NCBI GenBank assembly: GCA_003154095.1
Contig: PMCK01000061.1
Span: forward strand, 1 to 59,663
DNA from: Myxococcales bacterium
GTDB lineage: Bacteria > Myxococcota_A > Polyangia > Polyangiales > Polyangiaceae
Reading direction: 5' to 3'
Length of the DNA: 59,663 bases
Part shown: in pieces, positions 36,309 to 45,934 of the stretch
Layout: each line of letters opens with the position of its first letter
Numbering within the stretch: position 1 is the first letter of the stretch
Translations under genes and position numbers: made by a program
Notes under the pieces: model-generated
Seen by the model: the letters and a program-made list of their open reading frames with translations, nothing else
What the model was told of the DNA's origin: nothing
Databases searched by the model: none

Positions 36309-38930
36309 ATGATGGAGAGAGTTCTGGCGTGTCTGTTCTTGGTTGGTACAACGTCAATGATTGCTGGAGGCTTGTGGGGTGCGCGCAAGTTAAATATTCC
36401 TTGGCAGTTTGAGGCCGCGATTATATTCGTCAATCTTCCGGCACTTCTAGTGCTCTTGGGCATTGCGAGAGGACGTCTGCGGCTCTCGAAGGGCTTACGA
36501 GCTCTCGCCTCTGCTGCGATCGCTGTCGCGGCCATGACCTGGGCAAATCACAAGCGGCACATGGCATGGCCGTTGGCCGTGGGATCAGGGTTGGCCGCCT
36601 TTTTTCTGTTGGTGGTCGTGTTCCGCCGCCGTGAAGCGCAAGGTGAGCTCGCACTTCGGCGTGCAAACAACGCTTTGCAGTCAGACAACCTCAATCCTGA
36701 CGAAGCAGTCGTAGCATTGGCCGAAGCTGAAGCCGCGTTCGGTGGCGAGGCGCCGATGGGCCAGCAAGCGCTTCTCGAGTGGCTGTCGGCGTCTGTCCAC
36801 GCAAACCTCGGAAACCTGACCCGTTCTGCGGTTCACGCCAACGAAGCGCTGCGACTATATCAAAGGCTCGGCCAGTCGCAAAGTGTAACCGTAGTGCGGG
36901 ATTTCATAAGTAAACTCAGTCAAAATGTGGCGACTCGGCAAACCGGGGGCCCAAGTTCGACAAAGGCCCTTCAGTATTCGACGCCGCTGGCGCTCTTCGG
37001 TGTGCTGACGGTGGGTGCGCTACTTGCGCTGTATGGAATGTGGTCGCCGGCGAGAGTGCAGCTCCCCACTCATATGCTTCTGGCAATTGGCATCGCGCTC
37101 GGCGTCTGGTTCCTCGGATTGCCTTGGTTCTTGGCCAAAGCTGAGCGAGTGACGGCGTCAACGATTGGGTTCATGTCTTTCAGCCTCGCTATACTTGGAA
37201 CGTTGATTTCGATTGCAGGAGTCGCCATCGAACACCATTGGCTAGCCTCCAACAATTTGCCGGCATTTATCCAAAAACCTTCGCAGGTTTTTCAAGAATG
37301 GCTAGGTCACCTGCCTTGGTGGATGCCCATCGCGGCCCTCGTCCTGTTCCTGTCGCTGGCATTGACCGCAGTCTTGCTACTGAAAGGTGGGTCAATCGAG
37401 AAGACGCTGGAAGCCGCCGAGCGCGAACTTCTTTCCGAGAAATGGGACCGCGCAATTACTATGCTGTTGGCGGTCGACGTTCGGCGCGAGCGAAATTTGG
37501 TGGCTAGAGCCCAAGTACTCTTCTGTCTCGCATTCGCGTATCGCATGTCGGGCGCGCATACCGAGGCGAAGGAGCGGTTAGCCGCTTTGCTCGACGCCTG
37601 CCCCGGGCATCACGAGGGACTCTACCTCGCCGGGTACTTGGCGAGCGATGCAGGCGAGCTTGACAGCGCAGCGTCATTCTGGCGTCGACTTTACGAAATC
37701 GACCCGACGTTTGGTCCGTCTCCCTCCGATCCTCATCGCACGGTCGCGTATTTTCTATCCGTCGTGCTGTATAGGAAGGCTCTCGGCCTGATGGCGACCC
37801 AACCCGAGGCAGGTGCAGAATTGTTGGCGGAGATTGGCGCCATCGGGGCGATGGATAAGATTCTTTCGAAGACGCTGGTTCGAGTGCATTGTCATCGCGG
37901 CACAGAACTGGTGCGCCAGCGACAGTGGCAAGCTGCGGAGAAGGAATTCGAACTCGCCAAACAGAAAGTCAGTGTCCTCGAGCCGACGGACAGCGAGCAC
38001 CGTGACACCAGGAAGCTCCAGGCGCTGTGCGAAGCTGGCCTCGGTATCGTTGCATTGAAGAAGGACAACCACGGGGCTGCCGTCAAAGGGTTCGTGAAAG
38101 CACGAGAAGTCATCAAAGACATGATCGGCGACGCGCATGCATTCGGTGGAGAAGAAGACCTTCTCGCCCAACTTCTCCGCGCTGCCGCGAGGAAACGCAG
38201 CGACGAGAACTCTATTGATCCCGCATTTGCACGCGACGCCAGTTTCTCAGCGGGAATCGCGCAGCTCGCCACATTAAGGCAACAACTCGAGCACAGTGCT
38301 ACTTGCGATTGGCGTAGCGCTCTTGCGGTTGCACAGCGGTCTTTTGAAGAGAGTCTCGAGGCGTCACCGATGTTCGCGGAAGGAGCCGCAATGCTGGGTC
38401 TCCTCTACTGCTATTGCGGGGCTAGTGCGGCAGAAAAAGCCAAGGGTCTCGAGCTCTTAAAGAAGGTTCAGGAACGGGTTGGGAGCAAGTTTGTTGTTGA
38501 GACCGTCGCGCAACAGGACGCCTCACAAAAGGATCATGCCGAGGCGCGAGACTCATATTTTCAAGCTTTTCAAGAGTACTTACGCTCGTCGAACGTCCCG
38601 AGGTCCGAACGTCAAAAAATGCGCGATGAAATGCTGGAACGAATGAAAGTAATGGGTCAGGACAAAGCCTTCATGGGTCGAGGTGGGCTCCAAATCGATC
38701 AAGACCGCGAACAGGAGCCAACCATCAAGGAATATCTAGCTCGCGCGGCCATGCTGCGAGCGAAGCTCATGAAACTCGGCACGGACGAGGGTAACCCGTT
38801 GAATGCAGAGCTCCGAATGCTATTGGAGGAACTAGGAAAGAAGAGTGAGGAACTCGAGTCGCACGCGCGCAGCGTCGTGGAAACGGAAAAGAAGATCATG
38901 CAACAAGCCCAAGCCTTGCTATTCAGCTGA
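36309..38930 (+). CDS. Polytopic membrane protein (4 TM - TPR insert - 4 TM) with ~480-aa C-terminal TPR domain
   Basis: GGAGGAG RBS. Hydrophobic helices include VLACLFLVGTTSMIAGGLWGA, AAIIFVNLPALLVLLGIA, WPLAVGSGLAAFFLLVVVF, LALFGVLTVGALLALYGMW, LLAIGIALGVWFLGLPWFLA, FMSFSLAILGTLISIAGVAI and PIAALVLFLSLALTAVLLL. Confidence 0.8.
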   Translation: MMERVLACLFLVGTTSMIAGGLWGARKLNIPWQFEAAIIFVNLPALLVLLGIARGRLRLSKGLRALASAAIAVAAMTWANHKRHMAWPLAVGSGLAAFFLLVVVFRRREAQGELALRRANNALQSDNLNPDEAVVALAEAEAAFGGEAPMGQQALLEWLSASVHANLGNLTRSAVHANEALRLYQRLGQSQSVTVVRDFISKLSQNVATRQTGGPSSTKALQYSTPLALFGVLTVGALLALYGMWSPARVQLPTHMLLAIGIALGVWFLGLPWFLAKAERVTASTIGFMSFSLAILGTLISIAGVAIEHHWLASNNLPAFIQKPSQVFQEWLGHLPWWMPIAALVLFLSLALTAVLLLKGGSIEKTLEAAERELLSEKWDRAITMLLAVDVRRERNLVARAQVLFCLAFAYRMSGAHTEAKERLAALLDACPGHHEGLYLAGYLASDAGELDSAASFWRRLYEIDPTFGPSPSDPHRTVAYFLSVVLYRKALGLMATQPEAGAELLAEIGAIGAMDKILSKTLVRVHCHRGTELVRQRQWQAAEKEFELAKQKVSVLEPTDSEHRDTRKLQALCEAGLGIVALKKDNHGAAVKGFVKAREVIKDMIGDAHAFGGEEDLLAQLLRAAARKRSDENSIDPAFARDASFSAGIAQLATLRQQLEHSATCDWRSALAVAQRSFEESLEASPMFAEGAAMLGLLYCYCGASAAEKAKGLELLKKVQERVGSKFVVETVAQQDASQKDHAEARDSYFQAFQEYLRSSNVPRSERQKMRDEMLERMKVMGQDKAFMGRGGLQIDQDREQEPTIKEYLARAAMLRAKLMKLGTDEGNPLNAELRMLLEELGKKSEELESHARSVVETEKKIMQQAQALLFS

Positions 38931-38940
38931 GGAGAACCTC

Positions 38941-39153
38941 ATGTCGCAACAACTCCTTTCGAAACTGCTTGCAAACTTGCCGCCCATCAATGCCGAGCAG
39001 GGGGACTTCGGCAAGACGCTGGAGAGCAACCTAGTCGAAACGCAACTACTTCGACTGGCCACAGTTTCATTGGATCAGGAGACGCAGGTTCTGCGCACGA
39101 TCCTCGATAGCCTGGGGAAGATCCCGAAACGCGGCCAACCGAGCAAGCCCTGA
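38941..39153 (+). CDS. 70-aa hypothetical protein
   Basis: ATG 38941 follows GAGGAG, 10 nt after the upstream stop, and the ORF ends 2 nt before the vWA gene start. No motif recognised. Confidence 0.5.
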   Translation: MSQQLLSKLLANLPPINAEQGDFGKTLESNLVETQLLRLATVSLDQETQVLRTILDSLGKIPKRGQPSKP

Positions 39154-39155
39154 CG

Positions 39156-41387
39156 ATGCGACGAACGGCTCCGTTTCGTTTTTTGTTGTTGTTGTTTGTG
39201 ACGGCACTGGCAAGTTGTCATACGAAACCTGTCGCAGGTCCCCCAGTACCCAATAAGCCCGCGCCGGAGATCCATCGCAGTCTCCCGGCCGATTTCGTTG
39301 TTTGCATAGACGATTCGGGGAGCATCAGCCCGACGGAACAGGCTCTGGTGCGTGAAACCACGATGTTGCTCGCGGATCTCGCGGAGGAAGGCGATCAGGT
39401 TTCTGCAATAGCCTTCGGCACCGGAGCGCGAAAGGTCGCCGCCCAGCTGATCCGGACGGATGATGATCGACGCGCGTTCAAGGACGCCGTGCGCCAGACG
39501 CTCACATTCAAAGAACGCTCGTCTGACATCCGCGCCGGCCTCAAGCTTCTCGCTGAGGATAACTCGCCGTGGTTCCGCCCCAGCGGTGAGTCAATCCGTG
39601 TAGCCATCGTTCTGAGTGACGGAAAGCTCGAACCAGCCAATCGTGATGCCCGAGGCGCGCGCGATGAGATGGTAAAGCTTCTGCAGGGTCGCTTGTCCAA
39701 AGTGGATCTCTACAGCATCGTGCTCGGTAACCGAACCAGTCAGGAACCGATCCCGGGCCTGGAACCGATCACCGGAAACCAGCTCATGAAGGACGTGATC
39801 GGGCGATCGGATGATCGCTATTTCCAGGCGAGCCGACTCGATCAGCTTCTTGAAGACACAATGCTCATTCTTGAACGTGCCAAGGGAAGCGCGTCAATCG
39901 ATGAGCTGCATTCCACCAAGCTTCGCATTGATCGGAGCGTGGATTCGATGATGCTTGTCCTTCGTAAGCGATCGACGGACGGTTCCAGTCTGTGCAATTC
40001 GCTCGACATTCGTTTGAGAATGCCCGGAATCCAGGAACCTCTGAATTCGCGATCGACGCAATCCGGCGTCTACTGGTCTACCGATTACGAGTATTTTGAT
40101 CTGATCCGAATCCGTAAACCAAATGAGGGGATTTGGGAAGTCGCGCTCGCCAACGGCAAGAAGCCCGAGGTCCTGAGCAAGGTCGTTTCACCGTTGGACC
40201 TGCAATTTGCGGCGCGTAGCGTGTACTACCTCAACGAGCAAAGCGAGCTTGACGCTTGGATCTTCGACAAGTCGACCGGGTCGATTTCACAGCCAAAGGA
40301 AGGGCCTGTGTTTCGCATCCGGGCCGAGCATGGCGGCGGCCCGCAGGCAGGCGTATCGTCGCAACAACCACTCAACTTCAATTCTGAGACAGGCCACTAC
40401 ACCCTGGAGTTGCCGGGCGCGCTCGGTAAGAATCTGGGGATGCACCATTTCCGACTCGCCGCCGAAAGGCTTGAGTCGGTAGGTAGCACGAAGGCTGACC
40501 CGTGGTTCCTTCGACGGACAGGGCCAATCACCGTCAGCTTAGCGGAGCCATTCGTGAATTGGCGTGTAACACCAGAGCTTGCGACACGAGTACCCTTTCT
40601 GACTCGAATGTTGGCGGCCTGGCGGGCACCTGGCAGCTTGCCATTTGCCGATAAACTTTGGTGGCTTCCGTTTGGCGGCTCGCTACCCTCAGCGTCGTTC
40701 GGCGCCGATTGGGCGAGCACCGCGAAACTTGCGCCTGTATTCGAGATTCCTCCCACCGTGACGATTGAGCTGTCGAAGTTGGACGCTAGCAAGGGCAGCT
40801 TCCAGCCCCTCCTCACGGAAGCGTTGCCTAGTCCGACTGCCGAGCGTCGATACGACTTCACGACTAGCCTGTCCGAATCGGGTGCGTATCGTTATCGTTA
40901 CGTTCTTAATGGCACGACCGCGGATGGTCCGTTCAGCATAGTCAGTCCTTCCTATTCTTTTCGCGTTCGAACCGGCTGGGAGTACTGGATTCTTCTGTTA
41001 CTGGCGTTATTGGTGGTCGTCGATGTGGTGGGCAAGCGTACGGCAAAAATCAGCGGTTTCCTTCAAAGCACCGCTCCGCACCCTTGGATGACCGACTTGA
41101 CTTCACGTAGCTACGATAGCGCCTCAGCGGTCGCCGAAGCGCCGCACTTGGCCGGAGCACAAATCGTACTCAAGGCGACTCGCATGCTTTTCTTCTTTCG
41201 CAAGCGCATTCTTCTGACGGCACGGACCGGCACGCTCGAAATTGGAAGGGAAGTCATGGACGAGAATGGCGCAATGGTAGCCGAAATGATTGATGCACCT
41301 GGGCCGGGCAAAACTATTGCCTTGGAACCAGGAGAATATACAATTCGCGCAGGCAGTGTGCTCTTGACACTCAGCGCGTCAGTGTGA
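39156..41387 (+). CDS. vWA-domain lipoprotein with C-terminal TM anchor and ~110-aa cytoplasmic tail
   Basis: MRRTAPFRFLLLLFVTALASC (lipobox). MIDAS FVVCIDDSGSISPTE, then AIAFGTGA and VAIVLSDGKLEP. Late TM WEYWILLLLALLVVVDVVG. Confidence 0.85.
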   Translation: MRRTAPFRFLLLLFVTALASCHTKPVAGPPVPNKPAPEIHRSLPADFVVCIDDSGSISPTEQALVRETTMLLADLAEEGDQVSAIAFGTGARKVAAQLIRTDDDRRAFKDAVRQTLTFKERSSDIRAGLKLLAEDNSPWFRPSGESIRVAIVLSDGKLEPANRDARGARDEMVKLLQGRLSKVDLYSIVLGNRTSQEPIPGLEPITGNQLMKDVIGRSDDRYFQASRLDQLLEDTMLILERAKGSASIDELHSTKLRIDRSVDSMMLVLRKRSTDGSSLCNSLDIRLRMPGIQEPLNSRSTQSGVYWSTDYEYFDLIRIRKPNEGIWEVALANGKKPEVLSKVVSPLDLQFAARSVYYLNEQSELDAWIFDKSTGSISQPKEGPVFRIRAEHGGGPQAGVSSQQPLNFNSETGHYTLELPGALGKNLGMHHFRLAAERLESVGSTKADPWFLRRTGPITVSLAEPFVNWRVTPELATRVPFLTRMLAAWRAPGSLPFADKLWWLPFGGSLPSASFGADWASTAKLAPVFEIPPTVTIELSKLDASKGSFQPLLTEALPSPTAERRYDFTTSLSESGAYRYRYVLNGTTADGPFSIVSPSYSFRVRTGWEYWILLLLALLVVVDVVGKRTAKISGFLQSTAPHPWMTDLTSRSYDSASAVAEAPHLAGAQIVLKATRMLFFFRKRILLTARTGTLEIGREVMDENGAMVAEMIDAPGPGKTIALEPGEYTIRAGSVLLTLSASV

Positions 41388-44300
41388 AGTTCAACAACTG
41401 CAAGCGTGTGGGAAATTCGATGACCAAACCGATTTTTAGAAAGATAATGCTCGTAGGCCTTGGGGGCTCCGGGCAAAAGATCGTCTTAAACCTCAAGCGC
41501 CTACTAATCGATCTATACGGCGTGGTCCCTCCGTCGATCAAGATGCTGTGTCTGGATACTGACGTGCCCATGGAGGGTGCCGCATCAAATGTGCGCGAAT
41601 CGCGACATGGTTTTGATCCTCAAGAATTCTTGCACATCAAGGTGGAGCAGCCCGCCGTGTTTCTTCGCGAGTCGCCTGCCGTGGACCGCTGGTTCGTCAA
41701 ACCAGTCCCAATCGGAGCTATCACGAGTGGCGCTGGAGCCATCCGGCAGAACGGTCGTCTAGCTTTCTTCCACAATCTCCACGAAATCGCGCAGCGCATC
41801 GACACGATGAAGATTGCCCTGGGCGACGCGGCCCTTCCGCGACTGATGAATTCAGCCCGTACGGAATTGGGCGCCACCATGGACTTTGATCTCTCGCCGA
41901 AAGAGATGGAGGTCTACGTGTGTGGTTCTCTCGCTGGAGGCACAGGTAGCGGAACCTTTCTCGACATGGGGATCCTTTTGCGCGCCGAACTGCCTGGCGC
42001 GCTGATTCATGGGTTCTTCCTGCTCGACTGGCTGTACCGTCGCAACGCCTTTGCAAATCGCGTAGGAGGAAACGTATACGCCGCGTTGGCCGAACTCGAC
42101 AATCTGCAGTCGATTGTCTATGGATCTGAGCGATTCATCCCGTACGAAGTCGACTACGGAAAGAGGCACGTGAGTGTTACCCAGTCCCCCTACACACTCT
42201 TTCATGTCATTGACGGACGCAACGAGAACGGCGAAAACATCAATGATGTCAACCAGGTCACGGAAATCGTGGCGCGCGCAATATTCTTGTCCGTGGGATC
42301 AATGGGTCCGGCAGTAGCGAGTGTAGTCGACAACCTAATCAATCATATCAACGTCACTGGGCCCAAACTGTGGCAGGGCAAGTACGCACGCTACTCGAGC
42401 CTCGGGGTCAGTTCGCTAGTGTACCCGGCTCCAGAAAAGCATCGCCGGATTGCCGCCGAACAAGCGCTACGCCTGTGTGACGAGGCAATCGCCGAACTGG
42501 AAGGGGTTGCCGTAAAAGGGGATGACGGGACGAGCGCGGAAATCTCCGCGGATATCAAGAAGGTCCTCACACAGGCGGGCTACCCCGGTAATCCATTGGG
42601 CAATGCGGTCAGGCCCCGTTTGCGTACGTTCGTGTACCCCAAACTGACGTCGTCCGATCTAGCCGACGGCGTGTTTCCCACAAACGTGACGAACAAGCAA
42701 CGTGGCATCGAATCGCAAATCCAAAACGCGGTCGAAAATGTGTTCGCTGCGGTTGGTACTAACGTCGTGCAGACCGCTCACGGGGCGTTCCGCGACAGGA
42801 TCGCACAACTCGACGCGAACGCTAATGTGAGTGCTGCGTACCGAAAACAGTGGGTCGAGCAGGCCGTGGCAGAGCTGCAGGACCTGCATCAGGCGGCGGC
42901 AGCAGCCGAGCAAGAGGCCCAAACATCTCTGTCGGCGGCTAGGGCCAGGGCGAGCGAGCATCTTGCAACAGCACAAAAGCTACCGATGACGTGGTACGGA
43001 GGGCGGCGAAAGGGGGCCGCCGAGAAGTGGCGCGTGGCGGTAGGTCAGGTGTTGACGGCGTTTCGCGACGGGCTTGTAGCTGCTTACGAACGCGGCGTCT
43101 TGAAGTCCGGTCCGGAGTCGCAGACCAAGGGGCTGATTGATCTGCTGACGGAGCAAGCGCAGGGCTCAGTGCCCAAGGCTTCGCAGATCGTCGAGCTTCT
43201 AAGGACCGCACGGGCGGACCTCGATGGGCAATTGCGCATTGCTCGGCGCGAGGTGGACGCAATCCAGTCGAACGTAACAAACGTCGTCATCGGACGTGAT
43301 GGGATCGTGGTTCCCGGCGAATTTATTGAACAGCTCCGACCGTCGGGGGAGATCACGAGTGCCCCGGGCGACAGGAGATCGACCCTGATCAATTTGAGCC
43401 TACAGCGGTTTAAGGAGGAATCCAAGGTCTATGTCGTCGACGACTACCTCAAGAGGTCCGAAGGCAGCGCTGAAAAACTCGCGGGATTATTCAGTCACTA
43501 TGCTAAACAACGGCTCGCGCCGTTGGCATTCGTGGATATCCATGCTGCCATGAAGTTTCACGCGGACGTGCAGGGGGTAGAATTGAACGACTTCTTGCGC
43601 GAGCAGTTCAGTCACATGGTGAGGTTAGCGTCTCCCCTATGGACATACACAAAGGCGATGCTGGACGCGACCCGCAGGCCTCACTACGATCGAGTCGTCA
43701 ACATTGGAGTCCATGATGGACAGGCGAAATCTAGCTATGAACAGATAATCAAAGCTTCCATGGCACGGTTTGGCATCGGCGTCGAACCCGCATTTACAGA
43801 AGTGGGCGACCCGTATCGAATTTGGTTCCTCAATTACGCCGCTGCCTTGCCCGCATATATGTTAGAGACCGTCGAAGAGAATCGCTCCGAGTACGAGACT
43901 GAGATACTGCCGCCGTATCACTTAGATCGCTACTTCGAAACTGCAGTGCCCGATCTATATCCACACGATGACCGCGATAACATTACGCTGCGGATTCTTG
44001 GAATGGCGATTATTCCGGGGGTCGACATCATCTGTGACGAAAAGCTGAGCAAGGGTCACAAGTATACCTGCTCTGATCCTGAAATACAAAAACGCAACGG
44101 GAACGAGCGGCTCGTGTGGCTTGATTTTCGAACGATGTACGACGACGTCCGTACGAATACGGAGCTGCTCGACGGTTTGATCACCGCCCTGCGGCAACGT
44201 ATGAATTCCTTATCGCGCGACGACGCGAAGCCCGCAATTCAAGGTCATATCGAGCGCGTTCGGGCGAAACTCGAGCATCGCGATTTTTCGAAACTGGTGA

Positions 44301-44404
44301 GCGCGCGGTTGACCTATCAAGAAATCGCAGCGCTGGAGTCCTTCCTGTCGATGGGCCGCGGAGGCTTCCGCATGGAACTGGAACGATACATCAGCGGCAA
44401 CTAA
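41384..44404 (+). CDS. Giant (about 1000 aa) tubulin/FtsZ-superfamily GTPase-like protein (Tubulin_2-like)
   Basis: GTG 41384 overlaps the vWA stop (GTGA); alternative ATG at 41420. IMLVGLGGSGQKIV (T1-like) and VCGSLAGGTGSGTFLDMGILLR (tubulin signature GGTGSG). Confidence 0.8.
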   Translation: MKFNNCKRVGNSMTKPIFRKIMLVGLGGSGQKIVLNLKRLLIDLYGVVPPSIKMLCLDTDVPMEGAASNVRESRHGFDPQEFLHIKVEQPAVFLRESPAVDRWFVKPVPIGAITSGAGAIRQNGRLAFFHNLHEIAQRIDTMKIALGDAALPRLMNSARTELGATMDFDLSPKEMEVYVCGSLAGGTGSGTFLDMGILLRAELPGALIHGFFLLDWLYRRNAFANRVGGNVYAALAELDNLQSIVYGSERFIPYEVDYGKRHVSVTQSPYTLFHVIDGRNENGENINDVNQVTEIVARAIFLSVGSMGPAVASVVDNLINHINVTGPKLWQGKYARYSSLGVSSLVYPAPEKHRRIAAEQALRLCDEAIAELEGVAVKGDDGTSAEISADIKKVLTQAGYPGNPLGNAVRPRLRTFVYPKLTSSDLADGVFPTNVTNKQRGIESQIQNAVENVFAAVGTNVVQTAHGAFRDRIAQLDANANVSAAYRKQWVEQAVAELQDLHQAAAAAEQEAQTSLSAARARASEHLATAQKLPMTWYGGRRKGAAEKWRVAVGQVLTAFRDGLVAAYERGVLKSGPESQTKGLIDLLTEQAQGSVPKASQIVELLRTARADLDGQLRIARREVDAIQSNVTNVVIGRDGIVVPGEFIEQLRPSGEITSAPGDRRSTLINLSLQRFKEESKVYVVDDYLKRSEGSAEKLAGLFSHYAKQRLAPLAFVDIHAAMKFHADVQGVELNDFLREQFSHMVRLASPLWTYTKAMLDATRRPHYDRVVNIGVHDGQAKSSYEQIIKASMARFGIGVEPAFTEVGDPYRIWFLNYAAALPAYMLETVEENRSEYETEILPPYHLDRYFETAVPDLYPHDDRDNITLRILGMAIIPGVDIICDEKLSKGHKYTCSDPEIQKRNGNERLVWLDFRTMYDDVRTNTELLDGLITALRQRMNSLSRDDAKPAIQGHIERVRAKLEHRDFSKLVSARLTYQEIAALESFLSMGRGGFRMELERYISGN

Positions 44405-44479
44405 CGCAGTCGCCATCCACGCTCTTCAGACAGCACCAACCACGTCGGTCCCTACTGGCAACATGCATCGGGGTGTCAG

Positions 44480-45919
44480 ATGAACATAGAAAAGCGTATC
44501 GCGGAATTCGAGAACATACTAGAAGAGCGCGTGCTGTGTGATCCAAGCAAAGCAGCTATAGACAAACACAATGCACTCGCAAAGGCCTTCGAACAATGGC
44601 AGCACGAGGAGACTAGGCGCATCGAGGCTGACAAAGCAGTGCTCAAGACTCGTACAGATCAGCTCGATGAGTTCGACAGCCAAATCGATACGCTAAGGAA
44701 GGGTCTGCCTACTGAACCATCCACGGGCTCGGTACCTTCGGCAAATGATGCAGCCGTAAATGAAATAAATAGTCGGATTCGCCAACGCAATACGCTTGTC
44801 GACGACATTCATTTGTCGCAGCAAGCATACAACAAGCGAATTGTTGAATTCAACGCCGAGCAATCTCGGCGCGGGCGCGAGATCGACGAGCAGCGAGATA
44901 GGCTTAAACTGGAGGTCGATGCGCATAACCGGTGGCAGCAGCAAGATGGTATTTCTACACTGAGCCGCAACATCAACGATCTCTATGGACAACTCCACCG
45001 CGAGGCGCGCACGAGCCCAGTCGAGGCCATCACCCTGGAACCTTTCATCCGCCGACTGCGTCGAATGCGAAACGAGCTTGGTCTCAAGGCCCAACAAGAA
45101 GAGGCCAGCAAGGAGACGGGGCTCCTGGTCGTTCGATGCTCGTTAGGCGCAGACGAAGATTCCAAAGCGCCCCGCGAAGAGGCTTTTATGTGCGTCGACA
45201 ATGCATCGTCCCTGACGATATTAACGAGGGAAATGGTTGACGTTCTTGGGATCGGCAGCTTTGTCGGGGAAGAGGTCGAACTCACACTGGTCAACAGAAT
45301 CAAACTGCGCGCACCCCAAGTACTTCTGCCGAGCGCGTCAGTGGACGGCTGCGAAGCCAAGTACGTGAAGGCCGTGATATTGGACGAAATGTCGCCCGGA
45401 ATAAGTGGGATTCTCGGCCTAAGTTTTCTGTCACGCTTCGATTTCGTCGTTGAAAAACACAAGCCGCAGAGGCTCACGTTGAAAGGGCGCACACACGACG
45501 ACGATGATGCGTTCGATGTTTTCATCTGCCACAAAAGCGAGGATGCGGAATACGGCAGGGCCGTCTATGATCTCCTGGTCAAGGCCGACTATAGAGTCTT
45601 TTTCAGTGCGGCCGCGAGGGGTAGCGGAGAATTCCAGCAGGCTATCGATAAAGCGCTCGAAACGTCGACTTATATGGTTGTCGTCACCTCGTCGGAGAGT
45701 CACGTGCTTAAGCCCTGGGTCCAGACGGAATGGAGAATGTTCGACGGCATGATTCGGGAACGGAGAGACGGCGGAAAGAAGCGCCGTAGTATCGTGCCCG
45801 TCCTCTGTGGAAGCATGGAACGGAGCAGTCTTCCGATGGCGCTTCGAAGATTTGAAATGGTGGAATTCTCTCAGGACGGATGGGGAACAAAGTTACTGAA
45901 CCTACTGCGTCGTGGCTGA
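44480..45919 (+). CDS. Coiled-coil - retropepsin-like (clan AA) domain with DNA in place of D(T/S)G - C-terminal TIR
   Basis: The N-terminal ~200 aa are coiled-coil. FMCVDNASSLTILTREMVDVLGI ... ISGILGLSFLSRFDFVVE (retropepsin-like). FDVFICHKSEDAEYGRAVYDLLVKADYRVFFS...MVVVTSSESHVLKPWVQTEWRMF (TIR). Confidence 0.75.
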   Translation: MNIEKRIAEFENILEERVLCDPSKAAIDKHNALAKAFEQWQHEETRRIEADKAVLKTRTDQLDEFDSQIDTLRKGLPTEPSTGSVPSANDAAVNEINSRIRQRNTLVDDIHLSQQAYNKRIVEFNAEQSRRGREIDEQRDRLKLEVDAHNRWQQQDGISTLSRNINDLYGQLHREARTSPVEAITLEPFIRRLRRMRNELGLKAQQEEASKETGLLVVRCSLGADEDSKAPREEAFMCVDNASSLTILTREMVDVLGIGSFVGEEVELTLVNRIKLRAPQVLLPSASVDGCEAKYVKAVILDEMSPGISGILGLSFLSRFDFVVEKHKPQRLTLKGRTHDDDDAFDVFICHKSEDAEYGRAVYDLLVKADYRVFFSAAARGSGEFQQAIDKALETSTYMVVVTSSESHVLKPWVQTEWRMFDGMIRERRDGGKKRRSIVPVLCGSMERSSLPMALRRFEMVEFSQDGWGTKLLNLLRRG

Positions 45920-45934
45920 AAGAGGTAGCGGATC

